64,000 nucleotides of DNA from an uncultured Ruficoccus sp. (GCA_965140785.1 OZ223505.1:1-64000), one strand, 5' to 3'; shown: positions 9,760 to 20,700, numbered from the stretch's first letter. Notes: generated from the sequence alone by a model not told the origin. Numbers and translations: made by a program.

Positions 9760-10569
9760 ATGGCCTCCGCTGAAAAGAAATCATTCATTGGCTTCCCGCC
9801 GCCCCTGCTGGGCAGGCAACCCCAGCGCCTCCCTGTGCTCGGAGCCGAGCCGGGCCAGTGGCTCGCGCTCGACAAGCCCGCCGGTGTTCTGACCGACCGG
9901 CACCGCTGGCATCCGGAGCTGCCCGGCGTGTTGCCTGCGCTCAATGCCCAGGCCTCAGCCGCCAAGCCCGAGCTGGAACCCTATGCGTTTACCGAGGCGA
10001 AGCACGTTTACATCCTTGAGCCCGAGATCACGGGCATCCTCCTGCTGGCCCTCAGCGACGAGACCCTCCAGCGCCTGCGCGAGGCCTACGGCTCCGGGCA
10101 GATGTATTTTCACTTCGGCTTTCTGGCCAAGTGGACCGGCGGTGCGGAGGAGCGCACCTGCCAGCTCCCGGTCTCCGTTCACAACACCGAGCCCCGCGCG
10201 CTGATCTCCCATCAGAGCGGCAAGAAGTGCAAGACGCGCTTCCGGCTGCTCAAGCGGCTGGGGGACTACGCCTGGTGGGAGGCCCGGGCGACTTACCTGC
10301 GCCCGCACCAGATCCGCCTGCACGCGGCGGAGAGCGGCTTGGCTGTCGTGGGCGATTCCCTTTACGGTGGCCCGGCTCCGATCTGTCTTTCCGCCCTGAA
10401 ACGCGATTACCGTAACCGCGGCGAGGAAAAACCCCTCTACGCCCAACTGTGCCTGCATCTGGGGGAGCTGGAGGTCAATATGGCCGGGCAGGCACTCCGC
10501 CTGGAGGCCGAATTCCCCAAGGGCCTGACCGTGCTGCACCGCCGCCTTGCCCAGCACAGCCGGGGGTAG
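9760..10569 (+). CDS. RluA-family pseudouridine synthase-like protein with degenerate active site
   Basis: DKPAG, HQIRLH, VVGDSLYG and LCLH motifs; the HRLD motif reads YILE. Confidence 0.8.
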   Translation: MASAEKKSFIGFPPPLLGRQPQRLPVLGAEPGQWLALDKPAGVLTDRHRWHPELPGVLPALNAQASAAKPELEPYAFTEAKHVYILEPEITGILLLALSDETLQRLREAYGSGQMYFHFGFLAKWTGGAEERTCQLPVSVHNTEPRALISHQSGKKCKTRFRLLKRLGDYAWWEARATYLRPHQIRLHAAESGLAVVGDSLYGGPAPICLSALKRDYRNRGEEKPLYAQLCLHLGELEVNMAGQALRLEAEFPKGLTVLHRRLAQHSRG

Positions 10570-10703
10570 GGGCCTCGACCTTTTTTTGCCCGGAATAACC
10601 GCGCCTTTTGCATTTTTTTCTTGTCTCGTCGCCGGTGAGCTTCATTGTCACCTGCTTTTTCCAATTTCAACATCTGCGTATCACTAACGCCAATTAACAC
10701 TCC

Positions 10704-10799
10704 ATGGGTAACCTTAAAAAGAAGCGCCGCCTCAAGATGAACAAGCACAAGCGGCGGAAGCGTTCACACGCCAATCGTCATAAGAAGCGCACCTGGTAA
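10704..10799 (+). CDS. Small basic protein, AURKAIP1/COX24 (bS22/mS38-like ribosomal protein) family
   Basis: [31 protein letters not shown], translated by hand; below the ORF-track length cutoff. Confidence 0.85.
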   Translation: MGNLKKKRRLKMNKHKRRKRSHANRHKKRTW

Positions 10800-11102
10800 G
10801 GTCGCGCCGCTTGGCGCACCCACCTTGGCTGTGCTCTTGATGCACTGAAGGATTCGCCCTGCCCGCCTTGGTGGCGGCAGGAGCTTGAAATCCGTTTGGG
10901 CAACGTCCATCGACGACGTGGTATCGCTTAGTCACGACAGTCCATGGCACCCGCTGGTGCTGTGGGCTTTCCTTTTGGTGGGCGTGCCTAATTTGGCAAG
11001 AGCACCGTCTTATTCTAAATAGTGGCGAACGCGTTTATCGTCGATGGGTTGGTCGTGCCCGGGCGGGCAACTTCCCTCAGCGCCATTCCGGGCGTTTTTT
11101 TT
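10800..11102 (+). ncRNA. Candidate structured non-coding RNA (family not recognised; strand tentative)
   Basis: Several hairpins, long-range complementarities and a terminal cgcc/ggcg stem + T8; no credible ORF. Confidence 0.35.
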
Positions 11103-11436
11103 CAAAATGCACGCCTATAACTCGTTGTTAGGCGCGGATTTTTGGACGCAAACGACTCCTACAAACTTCCATACCATCTCTCTCGGTAGCAGGGGGGAGA
11201 GGTTTGTGTAGGCATATTTCCTTAGTTCGGGCGGGGGAGCGTTCGACTGGGTGAAATAAGTGTAAACCCTTCATGGAAAGTGGGAAAAAGAATTGCGTTA
11301 TGCACGCCAGAGTAATTATGACTTTGGCTAATGTTGAGCCGTACCCCCCTGCCCGCCGTCTCGATGTTCGCCTTTGGGGTGAATAATCGGACGAGTGGAC
11401 GTGAGCGGGGTAGCTATCTGCCCCCTCCCAGATTCC

Positions 11437-12489
11437 ATGCGTAGGTCTGCTAACAAACCTCTTTTCGTTGATCTTTCTGATCAGGTCATGCTGATGGCGC
11501 GCGTCAATGCCCTGAAGGGTTCTATTCGTATTGAGGCGTTGATGGAGTGCCCGCTGAACCAGTCGCAGGAGCAGATCGCGCAGACGACCGGCCAATTGGC
11601 GAGTGTGACCAAGGGCCAGTTGATTCCCGCTGTCTGTGGTATCTACCCGCATGACGTGCTGATCCGCCGGGCCGCGCTGGACAACGCTTCCAAGGCGAAG
11701 GACCCGGCTTATTTGTCTGAGCTCGTTCAGCAGCAGTTCAAAATCGATGTCGGCAAATACGCGATCATGGTGATGAATGCGGTTCAAGGCACCGAATTCA
11801 GAATTGAAAAAGCCATCAGCAAGGAACTGCTTTTCAGTGGGGCTCCGCGCAAGGAGTTGCAAGAGCAGCAGAGCCAGCTTCTGTCATTCGGACTTTATCC
11901 CGAGCGCATGGAGATCAGCACGCTGGCCACGATCGGCGGGCTGATGCACTATGCCGAATGGAAGGAGATCAAGTCCCCCACGCTCGTGCTCGAGATCACC
12001 GAGAACCATGCCCAGGTATTGATTTTCCAGGGCGATTCGGTGGATGTCGCCCGACCGCTGCCTTATGGCTTTTCCAGCATGTATCCGCTGGTGCAGGAGC
12101 AGCTTGGTCTCAAGGACGTTGAGTCCGCCCGCAAGCTGTTTTCCTCCAATACCTTTGATTTTACCGAAATGGGGCCGACCCTGCTGAAGGGGATGCTGAA
12201 GGAGCTGCAGGCCACGACCGGATTTTACGAAGTGCAGACCGGTCAGACCATTGGCCAGATTTTTCTCAACGGGCTGCCGGATAATTTGGGCTGGATTGCC
12301 CAAAGCTTGTCGCGAACCCTCTGTGTGGATGTGATCAAGCCAGACTTCACCGAGTGGCTGCCGGTGCTCGGCCTGGAACTGGCCGAGGGCGTGGATGTTT
12401 CCCAGCTCGGGCCGCGCTGGTTCGGCCTTTTCGCCCTGATGGGCAATTACAACCCTTCACCCCTTTCCGCTGATGCAAAAGGACAGTAA
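11437..12489 (+). CDS. PilM-like type IV pilus/T2SS assembly protein (actin-like fold)
   Basis: 'TLVLEIT...VARPLPYG' and 'TTGFYEVQTGQTIGQIFLNG'; first gene of a pilMNOPQ-like operon. Start uncertain. Confidence 0.7.
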   Translation: MRRSANKPLFVDLSDQVMLMARVNALKGSIRIEALMECPLNQSQEQIAQTTGQLASVTKGQLIPAVCGIYPHDVLIRRAALDNASKAKDPAYLSELVQQQFKIDVGKYAIMVMNAVQGTEFRIEKAISKELLFSGAPRKELQEQQSQLLSFGLYPERMEISTLATIGGLMHYAEWKEIKSPTLVLEITENHAQVLIFQGDSVDVARPLPYGFSSMYPLVQEQLGLKDVESARKLFSSNTFDFTEMGPTLLKGMLKELQATTGFYEVQTGQTIGQIFLNGLPDNLGWIAQSLSRTLCVDVIKPDFTEWLPVLGLELAEGVDVSQLGPRWFGLFALMGNYNPSPLSADAKGQ

Positions 12490-13120
12490 GAAGGACAGCC
12501 ATCTCAACTGGCACCCGAATTTTCGTCTGACAGAGACGTTGCCCGACATCAAAGTCGTGCGGACAGGGTTTCTGGTGAATTTCATCGCGCTTACCGCCGT
12601 TCTCATCGCTTTGGCGGTCAACGGCTACCGGGAGTGGCGGATCCACTCTCTGGAAAAGGAAATCCAAGCCCTGGAAGAACGAGTGGACGAAGGCGGACGC
12701 CAGAACACGACCAATCTCAAGCTCAGCGGCGAGTTCACCCGACAGGCGAAAGTGATCGACGACGTGGAGACCTTTTATGCGCTCTCATCCCCGCCGCTTG
12801 AGTTCATCGTGGCCGTCACCGCTAGCCGTCCCGAGAACATCGCTTTCCAGTCGATCACCTATTCGCTGATGCCGCCGGCACTTAAAAAGAGGGAGAAGCC
12901 CAAAAAGGAAAACTTCGTGAGCCAGTACCGGCTCAAGGGCATGCTCCAAGGCAGTTCGGCAGATGCGCTCACCGCCTTGAATAACTATCGCACCACGTTG
13001 TCCAACCTCGATGCGCTCAAGGACAAGATCCAGGATATCCAGGTGTCCCCGCCGCGGCGAAATCCTGCGCTCAACCTTTTCGAATTCGAAATCACCCTGA
13101 CATTGAAGGCCGGTTCATGA
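12473..13120 (+). CDS. PilN-like protein
   Basis: Single TM, coiled coil and ferredoxin-like C-terminus; operon position. Confidence 0.6.
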   Translation: MQKDSKKDSHLNWHPNFRLTETLPDIKVVRTGFLVNFIALTAVLIALAVNGYREWRIHSLEKEIQALEERVDEGGRQNTTNLKLSGEFTRQAKVIDDVETFYALSSPPLEFIVAVTASRPENIAFQSITYSLMPPALKKREKPKKENFVSQYRLKGMLQGSSADALTALNNYRTTLSNLDALKDKIQDIQVSPPRRNPALNLFEFEITLTLKAGS

Positions 13121-13710
13121 ATTCTCAAAAGCTTATCGCCCTGATCCGGCATCACCCTTTGGCTGCCGCTTGTATCCTGGTCGCTCTGACTATGGTGGGG
13201 CTGGCCGTTTTCCGTAGTGCCGCGCTCGCCGACAGCGAGGACCGCTACGCTCGGGCTATCGATAAGGTCGATGAGATGGAGCAGAATGAAAAGAATGCCA
13301 TTGGGCTGGAAGAGGATGTGGAAAAAATCAACGAGTTGGTGACCAATATCGATTCGCGCCTGATGGTGGAGCGGGCCCGTGCTGACCATTATCGCTACTT
13401 CCTTTCGCTGGCCGAGGCCAGCAAGGTCAACCTGACTGACCCGTCTTTCAGCGCTTATCTGACTCCTGGTGAGAAGGGCGTGACCATCATGACCCAGCAA
13501 CTTTCGCAGGTAGAGTACCGCCTGAGGCTGGATGGAGATTTCAATCACATCCTGGACTTTCTCTACCGCCTGACGAATGGACATTATCTGATCCGGGTCG
13601 ATGGCATGACCGTTATCGGGGACCCGAGTCTCGGCCCCGGGATTGTGCAGGTAAAACTGGTTATCCGCATCCTGGCTACGCCCCCGCCCAAGGAGGATAA
13701 GAAAAAGTAA
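13117..13710 (+). CDS. PilO-like protein
   Basis: TM, coiled coil and 'LRLDGDFNHILDFLYRL'; ATGA overlap with the upstream gene. Confidence 0.65.
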   Translation: MNSQKLIALIRHHPLAAACILVALTMVGLAVFRSAALADSEDRYARAIDKVDEMEQNEKNAIGLEEDVEKINELVTNIDSRLMVERARADHYRYFLSLAEASKVNLTDPSFSAYLTPGEKGVTIMTQQLSQVEYRLRLDGDFNHILDFLYRLTNGHYLIRVDGMTVIGDPSLGPGIVQVKLVIRILATPPPKEDKKK

Positions 13711-13723
13711 ATCCAACGTACTG

Positions 13724-14290
13724 ATGGTAATGAATACCCGGCATCTACTTCGAATTATCGTCCCGGTCTTGTTAGTGATCTTGCTCGGAGCCGCCCCATC
13801 CGCGCAGGCCCAGGGGCTGGTCATGCCGATCAAGCGTCGCACTGCCATCCTGGAAGCGGTTGAACGCTATCTGCAACCAATGGACCCCCAGTTTAAGGAG
13901 CAACTGGCTGAACTTGAGTATCCCTTTGCCTTCGAGGCGGCGCCGGTCGCGGTCGAGCCTACTGCCACGAAGTCAGCCGAGCCAGAACCGGTAGTGGTCA
14001 CATACACTGATCAGCAGGTTCTCGAAGCGTTTTCTTCCAAGTTCCGTCCGACCGGGATGATGGCCCGCGGGGAACTGAACTATCTCATTATCGAAGTCGG
14101 TGACCGTACCCAACCCATAGCCGAAGGAAGCCTGATACGCTTCAACTACGAGGGTAAATCCTACAATGTTCGGCTGACGTCGGTGACGGATGATGACTAC
14201 ACCCTGCGCCTGGGCGAGGCGACCCTTGTCCGCCGGATCAATGAGTCTTTCGATCCTGATCAGATAAAACGCTTTAACCCCAAACCCTGA
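13724..14290 (+). CDS. Secreted protein in the PilP position
   Basis: Signal peptide and beta-rich C-terminal domain; lies between pilO-like and secretin genes. Confidence 0.55.
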   Translation: MVMNTRHLLRIIVPVLLVILLGAAPSAQAQGLVMPIKRRTAILEAVERYLQPMDPQFKEQLAELEYPFAFEAAPVAVEPTATKSAEPEPVVVTYTDQQVLEAFSSKFRPTGMMARGELNYLIIEVGDRTQPIAEGSLIRFNYEGKSYNVRLTSVTDDDYTLRLGEATLVRRINESFDPDQIKRFNPKP

Positions 14291-14331
14291 GCATTTGCTA
14301 CTGCCAAATTCCAAATACGAGGAACCTGAAA

Positions 14332-16269
14332 ATGAAAGTTGTTCGACCCTTGATATTCGCTGCGCTGCTGTCCCTTCCCTCGGCATGGCTGTACGCGCAA
14401 AATGTATATGACGAAACGTCGGACCCGCTCGGGACAACCGACGTTTCCAATGACAATACCCCTGTCATTGATGCCAACGGTAACATCGTCTCCGAGCAGA
14501 GCGATGGTTCTGCCGAATCACCGCCTGAGGCCGGGCCACCTGCGCAAGCACATTCGGGCAGCACAGCGGCCGAATCCAAGGCCGAGGCCAAGCCTGAAGC
14601 GGTTGATGTTTACGGGCCCGACGAGTCCGGCATCACGGTCAAGAACATCACCGAAACCGAACCTAAGGTCGAGGTGAGCGTTTCCCCCGAGGGTGAGAAA
14701 AAGATCGAAGAGACGCACCAGGAGGTGCCCGCTCTCGAACTGGACTTCCCCACCGGCGGCGAGGCCACCCTGGAGTTTCCGACCGATGTAACCACGGACA
14801 TGGATATGGAAATGGGTGACGACGACACGATCTCGGTGGATTTCCCCGACGAGGAGGTGCGCACCATCATCCGCAATGTGGCGGACCTCTATGACCTGAA
14901 TGTCGTCATTCCCGAGACACTGGTCGGCAACACCACCATCAAGCTTCGCAACGTGACCTGGCGCCAGGTCTTCGAGGTCGTGCTCCAGCCCCTGGGCTAC
15001 ACCTACATCGAGGACCGCAATATTATCAAAATCAAGAGCATGGACGACCTGCTCCAGGAGCCGGTGGACACGCGCGTCTTTCTCATCAACTACGCGCTGG
15101 CCTCACAACTGCAAGGTTCGATCAGCCCTCTGGTTGACCAGGCTGCCGGCGGGACCATGCAGGTCGATGCGCGCACCAACGCTCTCATCATCACCGAGCG
15201 CCCCTCGCGCATGAACGATATTCAGGAGATCATCGAGCGTCTCGACCAGCCCACGCCGCAGGTCATGATCCACTCAATGTTCATCGAGACCCAGGCGAGC
15301 GAAGAGTTGAACCTGGGGATTCAATGGCCCACCTCGGCCACCTTCACCCTGCAAGGAACCGGCCCCGATGGTGCGGTCAACCTCGCCGGTATCGGCAGCC
15401 TGCCCGGCGGCGCCATCGGTAATGTCAACTTCGGCAATAACGCCGTGTTGAGCATGAGCCGGCTCGAAGCCACTATGAACTTCCTGCAGAAGGACACCAA
15501 CTCGCGTGTCCTTAACCATCCGACCGTGGTCACCATGGACGGGGAAGAGGCGAGAATCGTCGTCGGTGAAGAAATCCCGATTCCCGAGTTCGTTTTTAAT
15601 GAGGAAACCGGGCGGTTCACCATCTCCGGCTACGAGTACCGGGATACCGGCTCGGTCCTGACCGTGACCCCCCACGTCAATAGCGCGGGCTTCATCCGCT
15701 TGATTGTTGAACCGATCCTGAGCAAGAAAGGGAACAACGGGATCAGTATTTCCACCAGTGCCACCAGTGCGACGGAAATTCCTTCCTTCGATACCAAGAC
15801 GGCCAAGTCCACCGTTGTGCTCAAAGACGGCTACACGCTTGTCATTGGCGGTCTGCGCGAAAAGGCCAACAAGGTGGTTGAGGACAAAGTGCCGCTGCTG
15901 GGCGACATCCCGCTGATCGGCGAACTGTTTACCAACACTTACCGCGACCCAGCCGACAATGGGGTGAGCGACCTGCTCATCTTTATCACGGCCCGCACAC
16001 TCAACCCCGACGGCACCACCTACAAGGAAATGGTCGATCCGCGCCAGCTCGACCGGATGAAGATCACCGAGTCGGAAATCCCGGACTATCAGTTACCCGA
16101 TCCGGAAAAGAAGGAGTTGCAGGAAGTGCTGCGCATGCGGAACGATCTGGATGTGATGCAGGAGGGTGCCCGTTATCATAAGCAGGCCGACAAGCTGCAG
16201 TCTGAGCTTGGCAGCGAAAAGTCCGAGGAAGCCCCGGCCAGCAAAACCCGGCTCCGTCATGGTCCCTAG
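14332..16269 (+). CDS. Secretin, PilQ/GspD family
   Basis: 'ISVDFPDEEVRTII', 'VDARTNALII', 'LDQPTPQVMI' and 'KVPLLGDIPLIGELF'. Confidence 0.92.
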   Translation: MKVVRPLIFAALLSLPSAWLYAQNVYDETSDPLGTTDVSNDNTPVIDANGNIVSEQSDGSAESPPEAGPPAQAHSGSTAAESKAEAKPEAVDVYGPDESGITVKNITETEPKVEVSVSPEGEKKIEETHQEVPALELDFPTGGEATLEFPTDVTTDMDMEMGDDDTISVDFPDEEVRTIIRNVADLYDLNVVIPETLVGNTTIKLRNVTWRQVFEVVLQPLGYTYIEDRNIIKIKSMDDLLQEPVDTRVFLINYALASQLQGSISPLVDQAAGGTMQVDARTNALIITERPSRMNDIQEIIERLDQPTPQVMIHSMFIETQASEELNLGIQWPTSATFTLQGTGPDGAVNLAGIGSLPGGAIGNVNFGNNAVLSMSRLEATMNFLQKDTNSRVLNHPTVVTMDGEEARIVVGEEIPIPEFVFNEETGRFTISGYEYRDTGSVLTVTPHVNSAGFIRLIVEPILSKKGNNGISISTSATSATEIPSFDTKTAKSTVVLKDGYTLVIGGLREKANKVVEDKVPLLGDIPLIGELFTNTYRDPADNGVSDLLIFITARTLNPDGTTYKEMVDPRQLDRMKITESEIPDYQLPDPEKKELQEVLRMRNDLDVMQEGARYHKQADKLQSELGSEKSEEAPASKTRLRHGP

Positions 16270-16300
16270 AAATTGATTGGGTGTTAAGAGGGTTCCTCAT

Positions 16301-16335
16301 GGGCGCTCCGGGTGGTTCTTTCTCCCGGAGCGTTC
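16301..16335. terminator. Strong hairpin after the secretin operon
   Basis: gggcgctccggg...cccggagcgttc; U-tract is weak. Confidence 0.45.
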
Positions 16336-16548
16336 GTGTTAGTGGGCGCGACTTCTGGGTCCAGTGCCTGTCAGGGGGTTGCGGAGTTTGGGGTTGAAGC
16401 CTGACCGGGGGGGAGTAGTGTCCCGGCATGAAAGGGCTCGCTCACCTGGCTCGTCAGGGTTCCTTTCTGCCTCGGGATCGGCATATGCGTTCGTATCTTT
16501 TCCGCAAGGGGAGGCTTTCCAGATTCTTATCCTCTTAATGATAACTCC

Positions 16549-17697
16549 ATGAAATGTCCGTTGCTCTTGTGGGTGCCCGCCGGCGCCGCTTCCTTATTGC
16601 TACTGGCTGGCTGCGGCCGAGAGAACCAGTTCGTGGCCCCGCCGCCTCCGCCCGTTGTGGTGGAGCCGCCCTACCAGGGAGAGGTCACCGTGTACACGCC
16701 CGTGGCCGGCCAAACCCGGGCCCGCGACACGGTCGAGATTCGCGCCCGGGTCAAGGGCTACCTGGAGAGCGTGGACTTCAAGCCCGGCTCCCTGGTGGAG
16801 CAGGGTAAGCTGCTCTTCACCATCGAGCCGCAGACCTATGAGGCCGCCCTCCAGTCAGCCGAAGGTCAACTGGCCAGCGCGACCGCCAGCCGCGATCTGG
16901 CCGACACGACCTACCAGCGCAACGAACAGCTTTTCACCTCCGACGCCATCTCCGAACTCGACCTGCTCCGCAGCAAGGCCGAGCTGGACCTGAGTGAGGC
17001 GGGTGTCTCCCAGGCCGAGGCCGCCGTCGAGTCCGCATCGCTGGACCTGGGCTATACGGAGATATACGCGCCGCTGGCCGGACGCATCTCGCGCAACCTG
17101 GTCACCGAGGGCAACCTCGTCGGCTCGGGCGAGCCCACGCTGCTGGCCACCATCGTGCAGATGGACCCGATGGACGTTTACATCAACATCGACGAGCGCA
17201 CCCTGCTCGACCTGCTCAAGCAGTACGGCCAGCCCGGAGACCGACAGGGCGCCCGGCGCGGCGGCAGGATGACGGTTCAGCTTGAGCTGACCGACGGCAC
17301 ACTCTACGCGCAAAAAGGCAGGGTGGACTACATCGCCAACACCGTCGATCCCATGACCGGCACGATCGAGGTGCGGGTGAGCTTCCCCAATGAGGAGGGG
17401 ACGCTGATCCCCGGCCTTTTCGGCAAGGTGCTCTTCGCCGAGACCACGCCGGACGCCATCGTCGTGCCCGAGGCATGCATCCAGCAGGATCTGGCCGGCA
17501 GCTACGTGCTCGTGGTCAACGACGAGAATGTCGTGGAAACTCGCTACATCGAAAAGGGTCCGCTGGTCGAAGAGGGCAGGGTGGTGACCAAGGGCCTTGA
17601 GCCGAACGAGCAGGTCATCGTCAACGGCATCCAGCGCGCCCGCCCCGGTGGCAAGGTTGCCCCGCAGAATGCCTCTGAAGCCGAAGCCCAGTCCTGA
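16549..17697 (+). CDS. RND efflux periplasmic adaptor (lipoprotein)
   Basis: Lipobox LAGC, 'VEIRARVKGYL', 'IYAPLAGRI' and 'VIVNGIQRARPG'. Confidence 0.93.
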   Translation: MKCPLLLWVPAGAASLLLLAGCGRENQFVAPPPPPVVVEPPYQGEVTVYTPVAGQTRARDTVEIRARVKGYLESVDFKPGSLVEQGKLLFTIEPQTYEAALQSAEGQLASATASRDLADTTYQRNEQLFTSDAISELDLLRSKAELDLSEAGVSQAEAAVESASLDLGYTEIYAPLAGRISRNLVTEGNLVGSGEPTLLATIVQMDPMDVYINIDERTLLDLLKQYGQPGDRQGARRGGRMTVQLELTDGTLYAQKGRVDYIANTVDPMTGTIEVRVSFPNEEGTLIPGLFGKVLFAETTPDAIVVPEACIQQDLAGSYVLVVNDENVVETRYIEKGPLVEEGRVVTKGLEPNEQVIVNGIQRARPGGKVAPQNASEAEAQS

Positions 17698-17707
17698 GGA
17701 TCGCCGC

Positions 17708-20700
17708 ATGTTTAGCCACTTTTTTATCCGACGTCCGATCTTCGCCGCGGTCCTCTCGATCGTCATCATGCTCCTGGGCGCCTTTGCCCTGCTGAGCCTG
17801 CCGGTCGAGCGCTACCCGGACATCGCGCCGCCCTCGGTCCAGGTCGTGGCCAACTACCCCGGCGCCGACGCCCAGACCGTGGCCGATACCGTGGCCTCGC
17901 CCATCGAGCAGGAGGTCAACGGCGTCGAGAACATGATCTACATGTCCAGCATCTGCGCCAACGACGGCAGCATGACGCTGACGGTTTCCTTCGCCACCGG
18001 GACCGACCCGGACATGTCCCAGGTGCTCGTGCAGAACCGCGTCAGCAAAGCCACCTCGCAGCTTCCGCAGGAGGTGCAGCGCCTCGGCGTGCAGGTGGAC
18101 AAGCAGATGAAGGACGCCAACCTCTACCTCGCCCTCATCTCGCCCGACGGGCGCTACGACGACATCTTTCTGGCCAACTACGTCAACCTGCGCATCAAGG
18201 ACGAGCTCGCCCGCGTCCCCGGCGTGGGCAAGGTCCAGACCTTCGGCGCGGAGAAGTTCAGCATGCGCCTCTGGCTGGACCCCGACAAGATGACCGCCCG
18301 CCGAGTCACCGTGGACGAGGTCATCAACGCCGTGAAGGAGCAGAACGTCCAGGTCGCTGCCGGTAACATCGGCGAGCCGCCCGCCCCGCCGGGACAGGAG
18401 TTTCAGTACACGATCAACGTCAAGGGCCGCCTGAGCGACCCGGCCGAGTTTGCCGACATCATCATCCGCACCGGGGACGAGGGGCAGGTGCTGCGCCTGG
18501 GCGACGTGGCCCGCGTCGAGCTTGGCGCGGAGAACTACAAGCTCCAGGCCCAGCTCAACGGCCAGCCCGCCGCCGCCATGGGCGTCTATCAAGTGCCCGG
18601 TGCCAACGCCCTCGCCGTGGCCAAGGGAGTCAAGACCCGCGTGGACGAGCTGGCCGAGAGCTTCCCCGAGGGGATCGAGATGGTCGTTGTGTACGACAAC
18701 ACCCGCATGATCGTGGCCTCGATGGAGGAGGTGATCGTCACGCTCTTCATGACGCTGATTCTCGTCGTGCTGGTGGTGTACATTTTCCTGCAAAGCTTTC
18801 GCGCCACCCTCATCCCGACCCTGACCATCCCGGTCTCGCTCATCGGTACCTTCGGGGCCATGGCGATGCTCGGTTTTTCCATCAACCTGCTCACGCTCTT
18901 CGGGCTCATTCTGGTCATCGGGATCGTGGTGGACGACGCCATCGTGGTGGTGGAGAACTGTACGCGCCACCTGGAGGAGGGCATGTCGCCCAAGGAAGCG
19001 GCCATGCTGACCATGACCGAGGTCAGCGGCCCGGTCGTGGCGACCACGCTTGTGCTGCTGGCGGTTTTCGTGCCGACGGCCTTCATGGGCGGAATCACGG
19101 GGATTCTGTTTCAGCAGTTCGCCCTCACCATTTCGGTGGCCACGCTTTTCTCCTCCATCAACGCTCTCACGCTCAGCCCCGCCCTGTGCGGCGTGCTGCT
19201 GCGCAAAAGCTCGGGCCGCGTGAACTGGTTTTTCCGCCTCTTTAACACCGGCATGGACAAGACCACCAACGGCTACCATGCCACCGTGCGCGCCTTCATG
19301 CGCAAGGCCGCGCTCGGCGTGCTGCTGTTCGTGGGCATGGTGGTGCTGGCCATGTGGGGCTTTGTGCGGCTGCCCACGGGCTTCGTCCCGCAGGAGGACG
19401 AGGGCTACTGCATCCTCTCGGTGCAGCTCCCCGACGCGGCTTCGCTCCAGCGCACGACTTCGGTCATGGATCAGGTGAACAAGATCGTTGCCGACACGCC
19501 GGGGGTGCAAAACACCCTGACGATCTCCGGCTTTTCGCTGCTGGACGGGGCGGCCTCGTCCAACATGGCCTTCTCCATCGCCGTCTTCAAGGACTGGTCG
19601 GAGCGCCCGCCGGACCAGCACCAGAACGTCATTCTGGCCAGCTTGAACCAGCGCCTCTCGCGCCTGATGGACGCGCTCGCCTTCGCCTTTCCGACGCCCT
19701 CGCTTCCGGGGCTGGGCTTGACCGGCGGCTTCACGCTGATGCTTCAGGACCGCGCCGGGGTGGGGCTGGAGACGCTGGAGCAGACGAGCAACACCTTCAT
19801 CGAGGACGGCAGCAGCCAGTCGGCTATCTCAAGCATGAGCACGACCTTCCGTGCCAACGTGCCGCAGCTCTTCGTCGATATCGACCGCGAGCAGGTCAAG
19901 AACCGCGACCTGTCCTTCAACTCGGTCTTCGACGCCATGCAGACCTACCTCGGCTCGTCGTACATCAACGACTTCACGCTCTACAACCGGGTCTTCAAGG
20001 TCAAGGCGCAGGCCGACCCCGCCGCCCGCTCCACCGTCAGCGACATCGGCAAGCTCGAGATCCTCACGCCGACCGGCGAGATGACCCCGCTGGCCGGGAT
20101 CATTGACGTAAGCGAGATTCTCGGCCCGCAGACCATCACGCGGTATAACCTCTACCCCTCGGTCAAGGTCATGGGCAACAACGCGCCCGGCTACAGTTCC
20201 GGCCAGGCCATGGCGGTAGTCGAGAACATGGCCGCGCAAAATCTGCCGGTTTCGATGGGCTACGAATGGACCGATCTTTCCTACCAGCAGGCGCAGGCCA
20301 GCGGCGGCACGACGATCATCTTCGCGCTGGCGATTATTCTGGTCTATCTTGTATTGGCCGCCCAATACGAGAGCTGGACCCTGCCCATCTCGGTTTGCCT
20401 TTCCGTGCCCACGGCGCTGCTGGGCGCGGTGGCGGCGTTGATGATTCGCGGCTACGACAACAACCTTTATACGCAGATCGGGATCGTATTGTTGATCGGG
20501 CTCTCGACCAAGAGCGCGATCCTCATCGTGGAGTTCGCCAAGGAACAGCGCGACAGCGGGATGAGCCCCTTTGACGCCGCCCTGAGTGCCGCCCGCCTGC
20601 GCTTCCGCGCCGTGTTGATGACGGCCTTTTCCTTCATCCTCGGGGTCATTCCGCTGCTGGTGGCAACCGGCGCGGGCGCGGAGAGCCGCAAGGCCATCGG

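Noticed and set aside
10800..11102. tmRNA, SRP RNA or known riboswitch identity for the structured region
   Set aside because: No tRNA-like ends, no SRP helix-8 motif and no riboswitch consensus that I recognise; 6S cannot be excluded by eye.
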